This document shows, one piece after another, positions 1 to 12,447 of a stretch of 64,000 nt of DNA (positions are counted from its first letter, which is position 1; every line of letters starts with the position of its first letter). The notes beneath the pieces were generated by a model that was given only the letters and a program-made list of their open reading frames with translations, did not search any database and had not been told where the DNA came from. This stretch comes from Octopus vulgaris (Eukaryota), in the NCBI GenBank assembly GCA_951406725.2, contig OX597833.1:22320001-22384000 (forward strand). The letters are read 5' to 3'. The position numbers and the translations under genes were made by a program.

Positions 1-387
1 ACATGGGAGAAGCCTTTTCGGTAAAAAAAAATAAAGAAAATATTCAAAAATTATCGTTAATATTTTTATTGGGCAATGAAATTCATCGATTTAAGAGATA
101 TAGCTGTTATTTCTAGCACATGCAGAAGACAGAAGTGACAAGGATGAATAACACGTGTGCGTGTGTGTGTGTGTGCTGTTTACTTAGACGCAGCAAATGA
201 ATTGAGCTCAAATGCTGGGATTTCATTGGTTAAAATCGAAGAATTAAACTACGTTAAACTTACAAATTACAATTTTGTTTTCAATTTTGTTTACAATAAT
301 GTTTTCTTTTGACACATTCTACCAGTATACGAAGTTTCAAATTGTTTAATTAACTAGAAAATTCCGTCCATCAAAAAGAAAAGATCC

Positions 388-631
388 AGTGTTGTCTCCA
401 TTAGTTTAAAATCTTCTACTTCCAGGCCATCTTCTCTGTTTGTCATGGTTTGAATTTATTAGTAGCTCGCTTACACATGGTGCATGCTATAAGAGCACAT
501 TTGTCAAGTGCCTGACAAGCATGCTCTTGGGGCACACACCCTGTGTATGCAAGCCACTAATAAATTCAAACCACAACAAACAGAGAAAATAGCCTTGAAG
601 TAGAAGATTTTAAACTAATGGAGACAATACT
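388..631. repeat. Fold-back palindromic element (MITE-like)
   Basis: AGTGTTGTCTCCATTAGTTTAAAATCTTCTACTT... pairs with ...AAGTAGAAGATTTTAAACTAATGGAGACAATACT along the whole length. Confidence 0.8.
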
Positions 632-784
632 CATACGTTGTCTGAGGAAACACAACTAGACCTCATTATGCAAATAAGCAGTTGCATAATCAAGTACTTG
701 TATACTTGGAGGACTACGTTGCATTGAAACAATTGTAGTAAATAATAAATGAATGTCCAACTGTAATCCCTCTTTCCCACTTCA

Positions 785-831
<47 letters not shown>

Positions 832-1715
832 GAAGGCATGCTGAAAAGCCTCTGGATTTAAGGGTATCATGAAAGGCCTGATTGAAGGCCCAGCCTTCCA
901 AGTTCTTTTAGAGACCTTAAAAAATCTGAAGGACTGCTGCAATTTGTGTCTGAGAGGGGAATATGTGGAATAAAATCATAATTAACTGACCCTCCTGTAT
1001 ATTCTTTTACCAATATATGTATTATATATTATATACACATACATACATACATACATACATACATACATACATACATAACATTATGTTTGTAGACACACAC
1101 AGATGCAGACACAGAGTAATTTATTATAATGAGTATGAAGCTAATTGGAAATTGAAGAATAACTCCAGAGTTTAAAGTACAAAATCCATCAGTCTTCACA
1201 AAAGAATAGACCAGATGGCTGTGACATCATTGAATGCACTGAATTATTAAAGTGTTCCTGACAGCCCATGTATATTTGTATCAGATTGAAATTGTTAGAT
1301 AAAGAGTCAGAGAAGTAACATTCTTGAATGTGCAGCATGTGTGCTGGAGTGTACCATATATGTATATATGCATACATACATACATACATACATACATACA
1401 TACACACATACACGTACACATACATGCATGCATGCATGCATATATATGATAGTGGTGAACAGTAAGAAGTCTGCTCTATACTGTATCGTGGATAAATACA
1501 TTCTTTATTTGTGGAATAACAATGTTAATCCACAAATAAAGAGTATATGCACACACACACACATATATACATACATACATATACATACAAGCACATACAT
1601 ACATATATTGTTTAATGAACATAGAATATATTTTTATATATACTGTGTTCATTAAACAATATTTCTCTCACCAGAAGGAGAACTTTTTTTTGTGATCTCA
1701 CCTTCATAGAACAGT

Positions 1716-1766
<51 letters not shown>

Positions 1767-2075
1767 ATTCACCATTGCTAAACAGTGATGAAGGGTGCAG
1801 GAACAACAGCAATGCTAGAAATAAGAGCCAAATAACTCTTTAGCCATAGAAAGCACATTTTCTCTCCCCTGTCAGTAAATAGAAAATGTGCTTTCTGTGG
1901 TTAAAGAGTTCTTTGACTCTTATTTCTAGCAATGCTGGTGGTCCCTGCACCCTTCATCGCTCTTTAACGATGGTGAATTATTTCCTTTTTGGTTTTGAAT
2001 TGCATATATATATGTATATATATAGAGAGAGAGGCAGAGACAGAGACCGACAGATAGACAGACATATAGATAGAT

Positions 2076-2850
2076 ATGTTTCATTATTGGCCACACAGGG
2101 CTAAACACAGAGGGGACAAAATACTAAGTAGAGCTTTTCTTTTGGGGAAGAGAAGAAGGAAAAATAGAAAAAAGAAAGAAAAACAAAGGGAGAGTAGAAA
2201 TTCGATTAAAATGGATCGTTAAAAAAAAAGGCCAATCAATAGGGATTGTATATCACAGAAATGTATAGTGTAAAATGGGAAACAGATTAGGTTTATCCAT
2301 GGAAAGAAAAGCCTACAGAAAAGAGCACAGTAACCTCGGGCAATAATGTCATGCAAAAAGATGCATTACAGTAAGTGACTCTCTTTTTTCCCTTCTTTTT
2401 TGTAGAATTATGCTCAAGATGGCTTTGTCATTCACACGTGCCATCCTTGCTACATTCACCCATCTTTTTTTGAAACATTCACCAGACAAAACTTCCCTCT
2501 TATTCAATTTCCTCTTCAAGTGATACTTGAAGAAGTTGATGAGAGATTCACTAGAGAGAAAAATGTTTGTCTCTAGACCTTTCAGACGCATCCACCAAAC
2601 ACATTCTTTCGCCATAACCACAAGTATGATGAAAATGGCTCTTCCTTCCTGTTTCAAGGAAGGAGGCGCGACAATATTTATAATAGACTCAGTTGATAAA
2701 CCAACTCGTCCTACACATGATAGCAGTCATTCGACATAGGCTCACAGGTCGGAAATCGTTGGACACTATACGAGTGTGTGCAGAATGGTTTGATCGCTCT
2801 GACTGCATCTTGGGCAGGTCGGACCAAACCAGACCTCACAGATCACAAAG
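2076..2850 (-). mobile_element. L1/Tx1-clade LINE 3' end (ORF2 C-terminus and 3' UTR)
   Basis: CPRCSQSDQTILHTLV*C is a zf-RVT-like CCHC motif with stops, continuing into ORF 2349..2657 (AKECVWWMR...F.KRW); ends in a microsatellite tail. Confidence 0.72.
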
Positions 2851-2944
2851 CAGTAAATTCAGAATCCAAGCACAACTGGCCAATTATAATAATAATCCTT
2901 TCTACTACTACTACAACTACTACTAATAATAATAATAATACTCA

Positions 2945-3122
2945 AGGTTTAAAACAAACATAATTTTTTTTTAGACACTCACTAGTACAACACCCAAAAA
3001 AAAAACAAATATATGGCACACTAGGCATAACAACAACATGAACTTCCAACCTGTTGTCTCTTGAGGTCTCTGGGTGAGACTTGGAGCCAACTTGTACAAA
3101 TATAAAGCAAAAGTCAAACATA

Positions 3123-3176
<54 letters not shown>

Positions 3177-3189
3177 TAATAATAATAAT
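2945..3189 (+). mobile_element. Probable R4/Dong-like LINE 3' UTR ending in an (AAT)n tract
   Basis: GAGGTCTCTGGGTGAGACTTGG motif followed by a long (AAT)n tail at 3124-3189; family assignment by resemblance only. Confidence 0.35.
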
Positions 3190-4333
3190 GGTTTCAAATT
3201 TTGCCACAAGGGCAACAATTTGGGAGGAGGGGTAAGTCAATTACATAGATCCCAGTACGCAACTGGTACTTATTTTATCAACTCTGAAAGGATGAAAGTC
3301 AAAGTCAACCTCAGCGAAATTTGAACTCAGAATGTAAAGATGGACAAAATGCTGCTAAGCATTCCATCTGCTGTGCTAAGGATTCTGCCAGCTCATTGCC
3401 TTATAAATATTATGGCATATTGATTTCAAATTTTTAGCACAAGGCCAGCAGTTTCAGAGGAAGGGGTAAGTTGATTACATCAGCCCCCAGTGCAAAACTG
3501 GTATTTATTTCATTGATCCTAAAAGGATGGAAGGAAAAGCCAACCTTGATAGAATTTTGAGCTCAGAATGTAGTGATGGACGAATTACCACTAAACATTT
3601 TTTCCAGCTTGCTAATGATTCTGCCATCTTGCCACCTTAATTAATAATAATAATAATAATTCTTTCAACTATAGACACAAGGCTAGTCAATTACATCAAC
3701 CCCCAGGACTCAAGTGGTACTTATTTTATGAACCCTGAAAGGATGAAAGGTAAAGTTGACCTTGGCAGAATTTGAACTCAGAATGTACAGATGGATGAAA
3801 TACCACTAAACATTTTGCTCATCATGCTAATGGCTCTGCCAACTCACCGCCCTATTAAATAATAACAATAATAATTCTTTTTGCTATAGGCACAAGGCCT
3901 TAAATTTGTGGGGAGGGTACTAGTTGATTACATCAACCCCAGTGTTTCACTGGTACTTAATTTATTGAAAGGATGAAGGTAAAGTTGACCTCGGTGGAAT
4001 TAGAACTCAGAACATAGCGACAGGTGAAATACTGCTAAGCATTTCATCCAGTATGCTAACAATTCTGCCAGCTCCCCGTCCTATTAAATAATAGTAATAA
4101 TAATTATTATAATAATAATGGTTTCAAATTTTGCCACAAGGGCAACAATTTTGGGGGAGAGGATGAGTTGATTACATTGACCCTAGTCTTCAACAGGTAC
4201 TTATTTCATCGACCCCAAAAGGATGAAAAGCAAAGTCAACCTTGGTGGAATTTGAACTCAGAACATAGCAACAGGTAAAATTCCATTAAGCATTTTGTCC
4301 AGCATGCTAACAATTCTACCAGCTTGCCGCCTT
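3188..4333 (-). mobile_element. Array of five head-to-tail tRNA-derived SINEs (Nin-domain-like)
   Basis: Five diverged units of about 200 bp, each with GCCTTTCATCCTTTC.GGGTCGATAAAATAAGTACCAG on -, separated by (AAT)n. Confidence 0.85.
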
Positions 4334-4751
4334 AAAAATAATAATAACAACAACAACAACATGTTTCTGTGTCCAGTGTAACCATCATCTATTTCTATTT
4401 ACCTCCAACAAACACACTGCATTTTAATGAAATAAGGCCGAATATGGGCTATAAGCATTCCCAGAATCACCTCACTGAGGCACACACACACACAAACACA
4501 CTAATTGTAGTAGTATTGTTATAATAAGATAATAAATTACTAGAATGTGACTGGTTTATTTATCAACAATCTTGGAAATTTGTTTGTCAAAAAGTGTAAA
4601 TATCAACCGCTAAGTAAATACTGCTTAATGTCTTGATACAAATATGACAAATATTTGGCAGTCAGAATTTAATGAAAAGCCAAATGGAAATACAATAAAT
4701 AGGAAATGAAACTAATCTTGTTATCTATGCAATTGGGTCTGTTTGAGATCA

Positions 4752-4754
<3 letters not shown>

Positions 4755-4812
<58 letters not shown>

Positions 4813-4828
4813 GTGTGCGTGTGTGCGT
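4755..4828. repeat. (GT)n microsatellite
   Basis: Directly visible. Confidence 0.95.
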
Positions 4829-6942
4829 GAGGAGGGGTGAAAACCTGAAATTTAAAGTCAAGTTGACTTGATACAGAAAAGAAAATATTTCAATCAGAAA
4901 CGGTTCTTATTAGTCTATTATAGGTCATCATTGTTTCCAGAATAGGCATAAGGCCGGAAACAAGAGGGCATGGAAGTTACTTGATGATATTGACCCTAGT
5001 AACTAATTGGTACTTTATTATATCGATATCAGAAGGATGGAAGGCCAAGTTAACATTAGTTGAATTTAACCTCAGAATGTAAAGATCTGGAACAACCACA
5101 AAGCATTTTGCTCAATTCTCTAATAATTCTGCCAACCCAACACTCTTCTGTTTCTAACATAGGTACAAGGCCTGAAAAGTTTTGGAGGTTGGGAAGTCAT
5201 CGATTAAATTGGCCCCAGTACTTGACTTTTACTTCATTTTATAAACCCCCACCCAAAAGACTGAAAGTAAAATTGACCTTGGTAACACAACCTTTTAGTG
5301 TTTAAATTATTCTGTCAAAAAATTAAAGCTTATTTATTCATATTGTTTTGAATTTGTCATGTATTGTCTCATATCTTTGAGATTTCGATGATGTGATTGT
5401 TTATTTTTAGGATGACATTGTAGGGTAGGTGTGAGGAGCTAGACCTGAATAGTTTGAACTTAAACAGGAGGCATATTTGGGTCAGATATGGCTGGATTAA
5501 ATGCTTAAGGGTTAAAGTTGGAATGTAAAAAGCCAGAAGAAATACCACAATGAACCTGCTAATCTGCTACATTTATAACAATGTGAAAAATGTGAATAAT
5601 GTGAAAAATGTGCCTGAGACATCACATTTCTGTTGTCTCTCATTTATTTCCATAACTACTGCCAAAGATCATAATAGGATCATACTAGATTTGCAGGTAA
5701 CTAAAGATTACTATAGCTCTCCATTGTCTCAGCTTGTCTACGATATTATGTTGCTTTGAAGAGACTCTTTTGAATGATTCTTCTCAATTGCCTGAGAAAA
5801 TTTTGTCATGAGAGAAAGCTGTACAATAGCAAGTTTCAGTACTTTGGTGTCTGTTGATATACCTGTCCATTTTATGCTCTTTCTGTATGTAGAGAAGTTT
5901 TCAGAATCACTTTTGAACTAAAGCTTATATTTTTTATCATATACAAGCAATCAATGCCCAACTCTAACATCTATTAAAGAAAAACTGAAATCGCAAGCAA
6001 TTTATAGTTTGAATTTCACTGGAAAGTTAATGGAATTTATTATTCAAAGAATATTTTATCATTTCATGGTAAAGTAAACGATGCCAGCTGAATTTTGTTC
6101 TGGTTTCTTTTGTTGACCTTCAACTACTATACATAGAAAAACAAAAATCAGTTGAAGTCCTCAACAACCTCAAATTGTTAGTTATTTTAGTTATTAAGCA
6201 TGATACTGGTTACTTCTTTCTAACAAGAACAAATTTATAACGTGAGCTAAACTCTATTCCAAAGACCACTTAATGTTTTATTCATTCTGACAGACTTGGA
6301 GCTTTTTCACTGCTTCTCATAAATCTTATATTTCAAGCAAATCATAAGCACTAAAATATGTCAATATGGTTTAAGATCATAACTTCATAGTGAAATGAAA
6401 CTGTAACAATATTGATTTCTAATGTAGACACAAACTTCAAATTTTGGGAAGGTTATATTTGATTAAGATCAATCCAATTCTTAATTGGTTCTAGTTTTAT
6501 CAACTCCAGAAAGATGAAACTTCAACAAAACTGTAACAATATTAACATAGGAAAACATACCTTAGATAAGAAAAAGAACTAAAACAGAAAATTTTGTTTT
6601 GATTCATCATGAAATAAAATCATAGATTTTGAAGGTTAAAAAAAAATGTGTAGTTTGAATCTTCAGGGAATAAATGATAAATGTGTGTTGGAAAAGACAG
6701 AGAAGCAGAGTAACCTTGAGACACCATTAAGTTAATAGGATTATGTGTGTTTACATATCCAACTGATCAGCTCTAGCTGTTTACATTCTTTTTCTGTCAA
6801 TAAAAAAAATAGTATCAAGAAAAATGGAAACTGGTCTGCTTATTCCTAAAGTTTCCAGAGACTTCAATTTTCTTCCTCTGTACATTTCTTTTTTCCTTTG
6901 TTTTTTTTCTTGTATATTCTTTCTCTTGTATTTGTATTAGCT

Positions 6943-7217
6943 TGTGTGTGTGTGTGTGTGTGAGTGTATGTGTGTGCGTGAGAGTGTGTGAGTATGTGAG
7001 TGTATGTGTGAGTGTGTGTGAGTGTATGTGTGAGTGTGTGTGTGTATGTGTATGCATGAGTGTGAGTGTGTGTGCGTGAGTGTGTGTGAGAGAGTGTGTG
7101 TGTGTATGTGAGAGTGTGGTGTGTGATTGTATGTGTGAGTGTATGTGAGAGTGTGAGAGTGTGTGTGTGAATGCATGTGTGCATATTTATGTGTGTGTGT
7201 GTATATATGCACACACA
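6943..7217. repeat. Compound (GT)n/(GTGA)n microsatellite
   Basis: Directly visible. Confidence 0.95.
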
Positions 7218-7348
7218 TTGAAAATAAACTATTTTACTTTGTCTAGGAATCTCCTTTAGATTTGTAAGCAAACCACTTTAAAGATGCATTGATTTCAAAT
7301 AATGTTGTCTATTCTCATCAAGGATTTTTAATAACAAGGAACCATAAA

Positions 7349-8266
7349 TACTGCTGGGCAAAATTCTTAATAATAATAAAAGGTTGTGTTATTATATTGA
7401 AATACTTACAAAGATCATTCGAGAAATTTATGACACATATCTGATTTTAAATTATTTTATAGCAATTAGTCAGTGTGGCTGTGTAGTCTTTTTTGTTCAC
7501 TCTCTTTTTAGCTACACAACCATGAAGACCTTCTTTTGCCAGTGCCCTGCTAAAAGAATGAACCTGAGTGCTGGAGGTTTAAGTTATATCCAGTAATAGC
7601 TGGCAGCTAGATTTGGTCCTGTTTCTCAATGATATCAGCTTTAGATACCTGACATTGTTTTTATTTTGAGGGTCTGTCACATTTTCTATTTTCAGTTCCT
7701 TCAGTTTCACATTTCTTCTTGATTTCCTGTATAGCACATTTTGAGATCCCAGCTTTCCTTGATACTTCAGATTAAAATATTCTTTGTTTATGATAAAAGA
7801 CAACCTTATACATTTTAGAATTGAAATCACAAGCAAGTTCGTGTTTTACCACTTGTGTATTGCTTTAAAACTCTGAGAAAACAAATTACAGTCCTATTAA
7901 ATTATATGTAAAAGGTGTCTTGAAATTAATGTGTATGTATACTTTTTTCAATCTCCTGAAACATTAAGAATGCTTGGAGAATTTGGTATTGACAGATATA
8001 CAAAGTTTACAGCAAAACAAGTCCTGTCAGGAGATATAATTCCCTTGATATCCTGCTACCAATTGATAATCTAGTATTTGTTGATGTAACTTTACAATAT
8101 TCAACATGAACTTTGACTCATAATGACACTAAACTGAATTATAATGACACTAAATATTATATGAAGTCAATAATATACTCTATAATGCATTATTAGAATT
8201 CCTGCTCAAAGTTGGTTAAAAATATTAAAATATTATCTGCCCAAAACTTTTGCACAGTAGAGTGTA
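7349..8266 (-). mobile_element. Tc1-like transposon remnant
   Basis: Frameshifted N-terminal transposase (EVSRKAGISKCAIQEIKKK...RPSK; RYLKLISLRNRTKSS...RALAKEGLHGCVAKK); Tc1-type terminus CCAAAACTTTTGCACAGTAGAGTGTA near 8240-8266; left end approximate. Confidence 0.7.
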
Positions 8267-8403
8267 TTAGCAATATACAAACAATAACAGACTTAATAAA
8301 AATGTAATATAAATTGAAATTAACAGTTCAGATACATGGTTATAACAGTTTATTTGAATGGGAGATATTTATAAAACCAGCTAGATTCATTTTATTGGGG
8401 AGA

Positions 8404-8870
8404 CTACCTATTTTGACCCGTGCTTCGCTTGGGTTTTGGTGGTGGTGTTGTCTCCTTTTCCCTTTCTTCTTTTGTTCGTCTTCTTTGCCTGGTTCTTTTT
8501 ATTGCCCTCTTCTTTACTCCCCTTTCTAAAATCCCCCAAATTTTTACACCCACAATTGAAGATAACCACCTCTAGCCCCTGCAGCAACACGAAAAGTCGC
8601 CATTATTCAAATAGCGCAACCTGTCTATCCCATAAAACTCTATTTTTTCCCATATTCCTCACCATGGCAACCAAACAGTAGCCCCAAGCGACTTGCAACC
8701 CTCCTCACACCATGGCCCACCCCATTTTACTCCCCCACCCCAGTGTAAATTTTGGCACCAATCCGACCCCATCTACCGCCCCTTAAACCGTTCCCATCCC
8801 AAAATGAGACAAAAAAAAACCAAGAAATCAAACAACCTTTTCGCATTTCAGCTTTATAGATATTGATAGA
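8404..8870 (-). mobile_element. Non-autonomous Helitron
   Basis: Minus strand begins TCTATC...; ends with subterminal hairpin ACCCAAGCGAAGCACGGGT then ...GTAG|T (CTAG-like); no TSD. Confidence 0.5.
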
Positions 8871-10789
8871 ATCACCATCATCATCATCATCATCATCATC
8901 CTTTGACATGGTTGAACAACTAATCCCAGCCAGGTGGTTCATCCTTTTGACTGCTGAATACAAATCATGGCTCATGAGATTTCTGTTCAGGTGATTTTTC
9001 TGAGTCACCATTACACCCCTTTTATGCCAAGCCATCAGAAGCTTACCCATTTACAGCTGAGTGACCTGGAGCAATGTGAAATGAAGTGTTTTTTCTCTTG
9101 AACACTAAGTGCAGTCAGTTTAGGAATCAAAGCCACAATCTCTTGGTTGTGAGTGTAAAACCCTAACCCCTAGGTCACATGCCTTCACTAGAATATTAGT
9201 AGGATGCAAGGAAGTTAGATGTCAAAGAATTATCTGAAACAAAAAAGGAGCAGAGAGAGGGGTTAGAAAGATCCTTTGACGTTCTTTTAAATTTTGTTGA
9301 GATGTTGTTTTGGTCGTATACCGATTTAGTATGTCATTTAGTTAAGAAATATACGGACATATATCCATTATATAAAGCTTTGAAGCTAAAAGGCTCGCTT
9401 TGTAACCAGCCATGCGGATCTTGGTTCGTTCCCGCTGTGTAGTACCTTAGATAAGTCCTTCTAACATAGCTTCGAGTTGATCAAACGCCTTGTGAGTAGA
9501 ATTTAATCGAGAGAAACCATCACCATCGCATACACACACGCGCGTGCACACGAGAGATGCTTTAGAACACATATACCTTGCATTGTATTTGTTCTACCTG
9601 AGTTACACGTACACTCATTTGTTGATCTCGCATTGTAACGCAGTAAACGGTTGGAAATCTGTAACTAACGACGCTATTATTCACAAAATACATGATATAA
9701 AATTAAATTTTATCTGAATATAACAAATAAAAATTGAGTAATAACAATAATTAAACGCTTTTTATCCATAACTTAGAAAAATCATTCAATTTGTTTCGTG
9801 TTCAAACCTAAGCATACGATGACTGCTTTAGTGTTTCTTTGTGGAGGCACTGGAGTGATCTCCCTTGACAGACATCATGTCGGCTCAACCACAAATATCC
9901 TGTTTCTTTAATATTTTCGACTGCATTGGCAGGTATGTTTATTATGTAAGATATGGTGCGATTTGAGTAAAATGTGACTGCTATTTTTCTGCAGGTCGAA
10001 TAAAGGCGTCATTAGCTTGTCGTGCTCTCATAGTTTCTAAAATACATTAGCAACATTAATGAAGTGGAATAGTCATAACCTTAATTGTATTCTTTCGGGA
10101 CCTAAATAGTATACTTTCTTTGGGAGTTTAACTTCTACCCTTCAGGTTGACACGTTCAAATAGTATTTTTATCGATGTAATAAAATATAGATAACTTACG
10201 TTTCACATTAGGCAAAGGGACTAAATTTGTTAGTGAGAGTTATCTCCCATAGCAGCGTACACTTTTAGTTCTGTGATTTTGTGGATGTAGATATTAACAC
10301 GACAATGTGAGGAAACTGGTACGCTAGTCTTTCTCCCAAACAATAGAAACCCATAAAACTATGTAAGTCAGTCCGCTCACTTAATTCTAATCATATCTAT
10401 TTAATTAACAACCAATTAATTGCGTCGATTTATTCGATATGAATGGGGTGAAATGCAAGAAAGTAATATAAAGGTAATTTCTGTCGAGCATTGTCAGTGA
10501 TGATGTGGCTTTGATACCTGACAGGCTTTGAGAAAAGTATGAACTTTGCACTAGATTATTAAAAGCACAAAATATGATTCCTGGGTTGCACATTTTCAAC
10601 AAATGATTTGTCTGAAATCGTTTTCTGGGACAATAATAATGGTATCGTGGGTTTCGGTTTGCATCAGAAAATGTAAAGAAGGTGTCAGCTACCGCAACCA
10701 GCGAACGAATGTAACAACGCTCTTCACTCAGATTTCGAGAAAATCTGCAAAGGATCTGAACATTTCCAAATAGTAGTTTGCGGTAGATG

Positions 10790-11350
10790 CTCTATCTTCC
10801 TATTTACTCCTATCTTATAGTACTTAAGCCTCCAACAACAACAAATACAACACTCACCTTCTTCAATAACCAGTTTTATTTCCCTCTTCAAATCCTCAAA
10901 TCTAACCTTCTTTTTCTAATACTATCATCACCAGGGTGTGAAATATCAATGATAAAACAGGTTTCCCCACCCCCTCTTTATTCACAATCACTATCTCCAG
11001 CTTTTGATGTTTAATTTCATGATCACATTAAATCATTACATCTGACAGTACCCTTATCTTGTCATTCTCAATTACTTTTCCCAAAGTCTACCCATTTCGT
11101 GGCTTGGTTCTCTGCAATCCATACTTGTCAAACAGTTACCAATGAAATTTTGTAACATCATTATAAATTTTTTTTTTTTGTTATTTCTTATGTGGATCAG
11201 CTTCCTACATTTATTCACAATATGCCATACAGACTCAACTTTATCACAGCACAACCTACACTTGTTTCTTTCAGCTGAATTGTCAGTCCTGCATTTTGTG
11301 TAATTTGTCCTAAGTGTTTGTTCCTGTACCACACACGTAAGCATTTCTGA
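10790..11350 (-). mobile_element. R4/Dong-like LINE remnant (zinc knuckle and restriction-like endonuclease)
   Basis: QEQTLRTN...KCRLCCDKVESVWHIVNKCRKL, then ENDKIRVL.DV...KLEIVIV...IIDISHPGD...EDLKREI...VVVGGL, typical of RLE-type non-LTR elements. Confidence 0.8.
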
Positions 11351-12189
11351 CAACATGACCAGGTTGAAGATTGCTGCTATTAAAGATTTATTGAAAATGG
11401 AATAGTTTGCAGCAGTCGCAAACATGTTTTGCACCATGGACTGGTTTCATGCGAAGCAATTTTTTCACAGATTGGTGGATCATGTGCATAACAAAACACA
11501 ATAAACTGTATAATAATTTAATTATGACATATATCATACATGCATGATGCAAAAACACCCTACAAACTGTAACAGTCAATAAAATAAAATTTTCATAATT
11601 CAATTTTTCTGTGAGGACCAGTCAGCCCATCACCAGACTTTGGTGCCTGGAGGTGCTTCAGAAAATTCTGGGTGGGCCCTAATTGGTAATAATACTAAAG
11701 TGGAGTTTTGAAAGAAGTGTATCACTAAATCTAAGGGTACACTATTGAATAGTGAGGGACTGCTACCATCCAGTGCACCTCCTTAACAATGGGCACAGGC
11801 CCAACACCAAAAGATACACAGCTTGGTAATGATCTGCAATCCAGTGGTTGGTGACCCTTGCTTTAGAGCATAGCTTCTCATATTTTAATTTTTTTTAGTA
11901 TTAAAGATCAATGAGTAATAAAGTGTCATAATATTTGTATGTTCTATTCTCAGCATCCTTTCTCTTAAACATTTGTGTCCTTTGTTACAACTATGTAGGA
12001 TTTGTAAGTATAATTTTTATATCATGCAACTCTTGTTGTGCCTCAGAATGATATTATACAAATGATTCAAAATATTTTCACATAGTTACTTTCACAAGAA
12101 TTTACATATTTGATATGTTACTTTAGCTGAGAGCAGAGATCTTTAAAATTCTATCACTTAAATAGGATATATATATATACACACACACA

Positions 12190-12406
12190 CAAGGAGTTGT
12201 TGAAAAGTTCCTGGCTTTAAGGGTGTCACAAAAAGCCTAGCTGGAGGTCTAACCTTCCAAGTTCTTTTACAATGCTTAGAAAAAGGGAAGGACCACTGTA
12301 ACAGGTGTGTGAATCTGAGAGGGGAATATGTTGAATAAAATCATAATTAACTGATCCCCCTCTATTTCCTTTTACCCAAAGTCAGGAACTTTTCAGCACC
12401 CCCTTG
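12190..12406 (+). mobile_element. Mariner-derived MITE (truncated second copy at about 830-1012)
   Basis: About 29-bp TIRs CAAGGAGTTGTTGAAAAGTTCCTGGCTTT / AAAGTCAGGAACTTTTCAGCACCCCCTTG; retains the transposase end RCVNLRGEYVE*. Confidence 0.75.
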
Positions 12407-12447
12407 TGTGTGTATGAGTGTGCATATATATATATACATACATATAT

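Noticed and set aside
3188-4333. CRISPR-like regular repeat array
   Set aside because: Units are about 200-bp diverged SINEs with no short repeat and unique spacer structure; eukaryotic context and no cas genes.
6815-7271. His/Thr-rich ORFs
   Set aside because: Translations of a (CA)n-type microsatellite.
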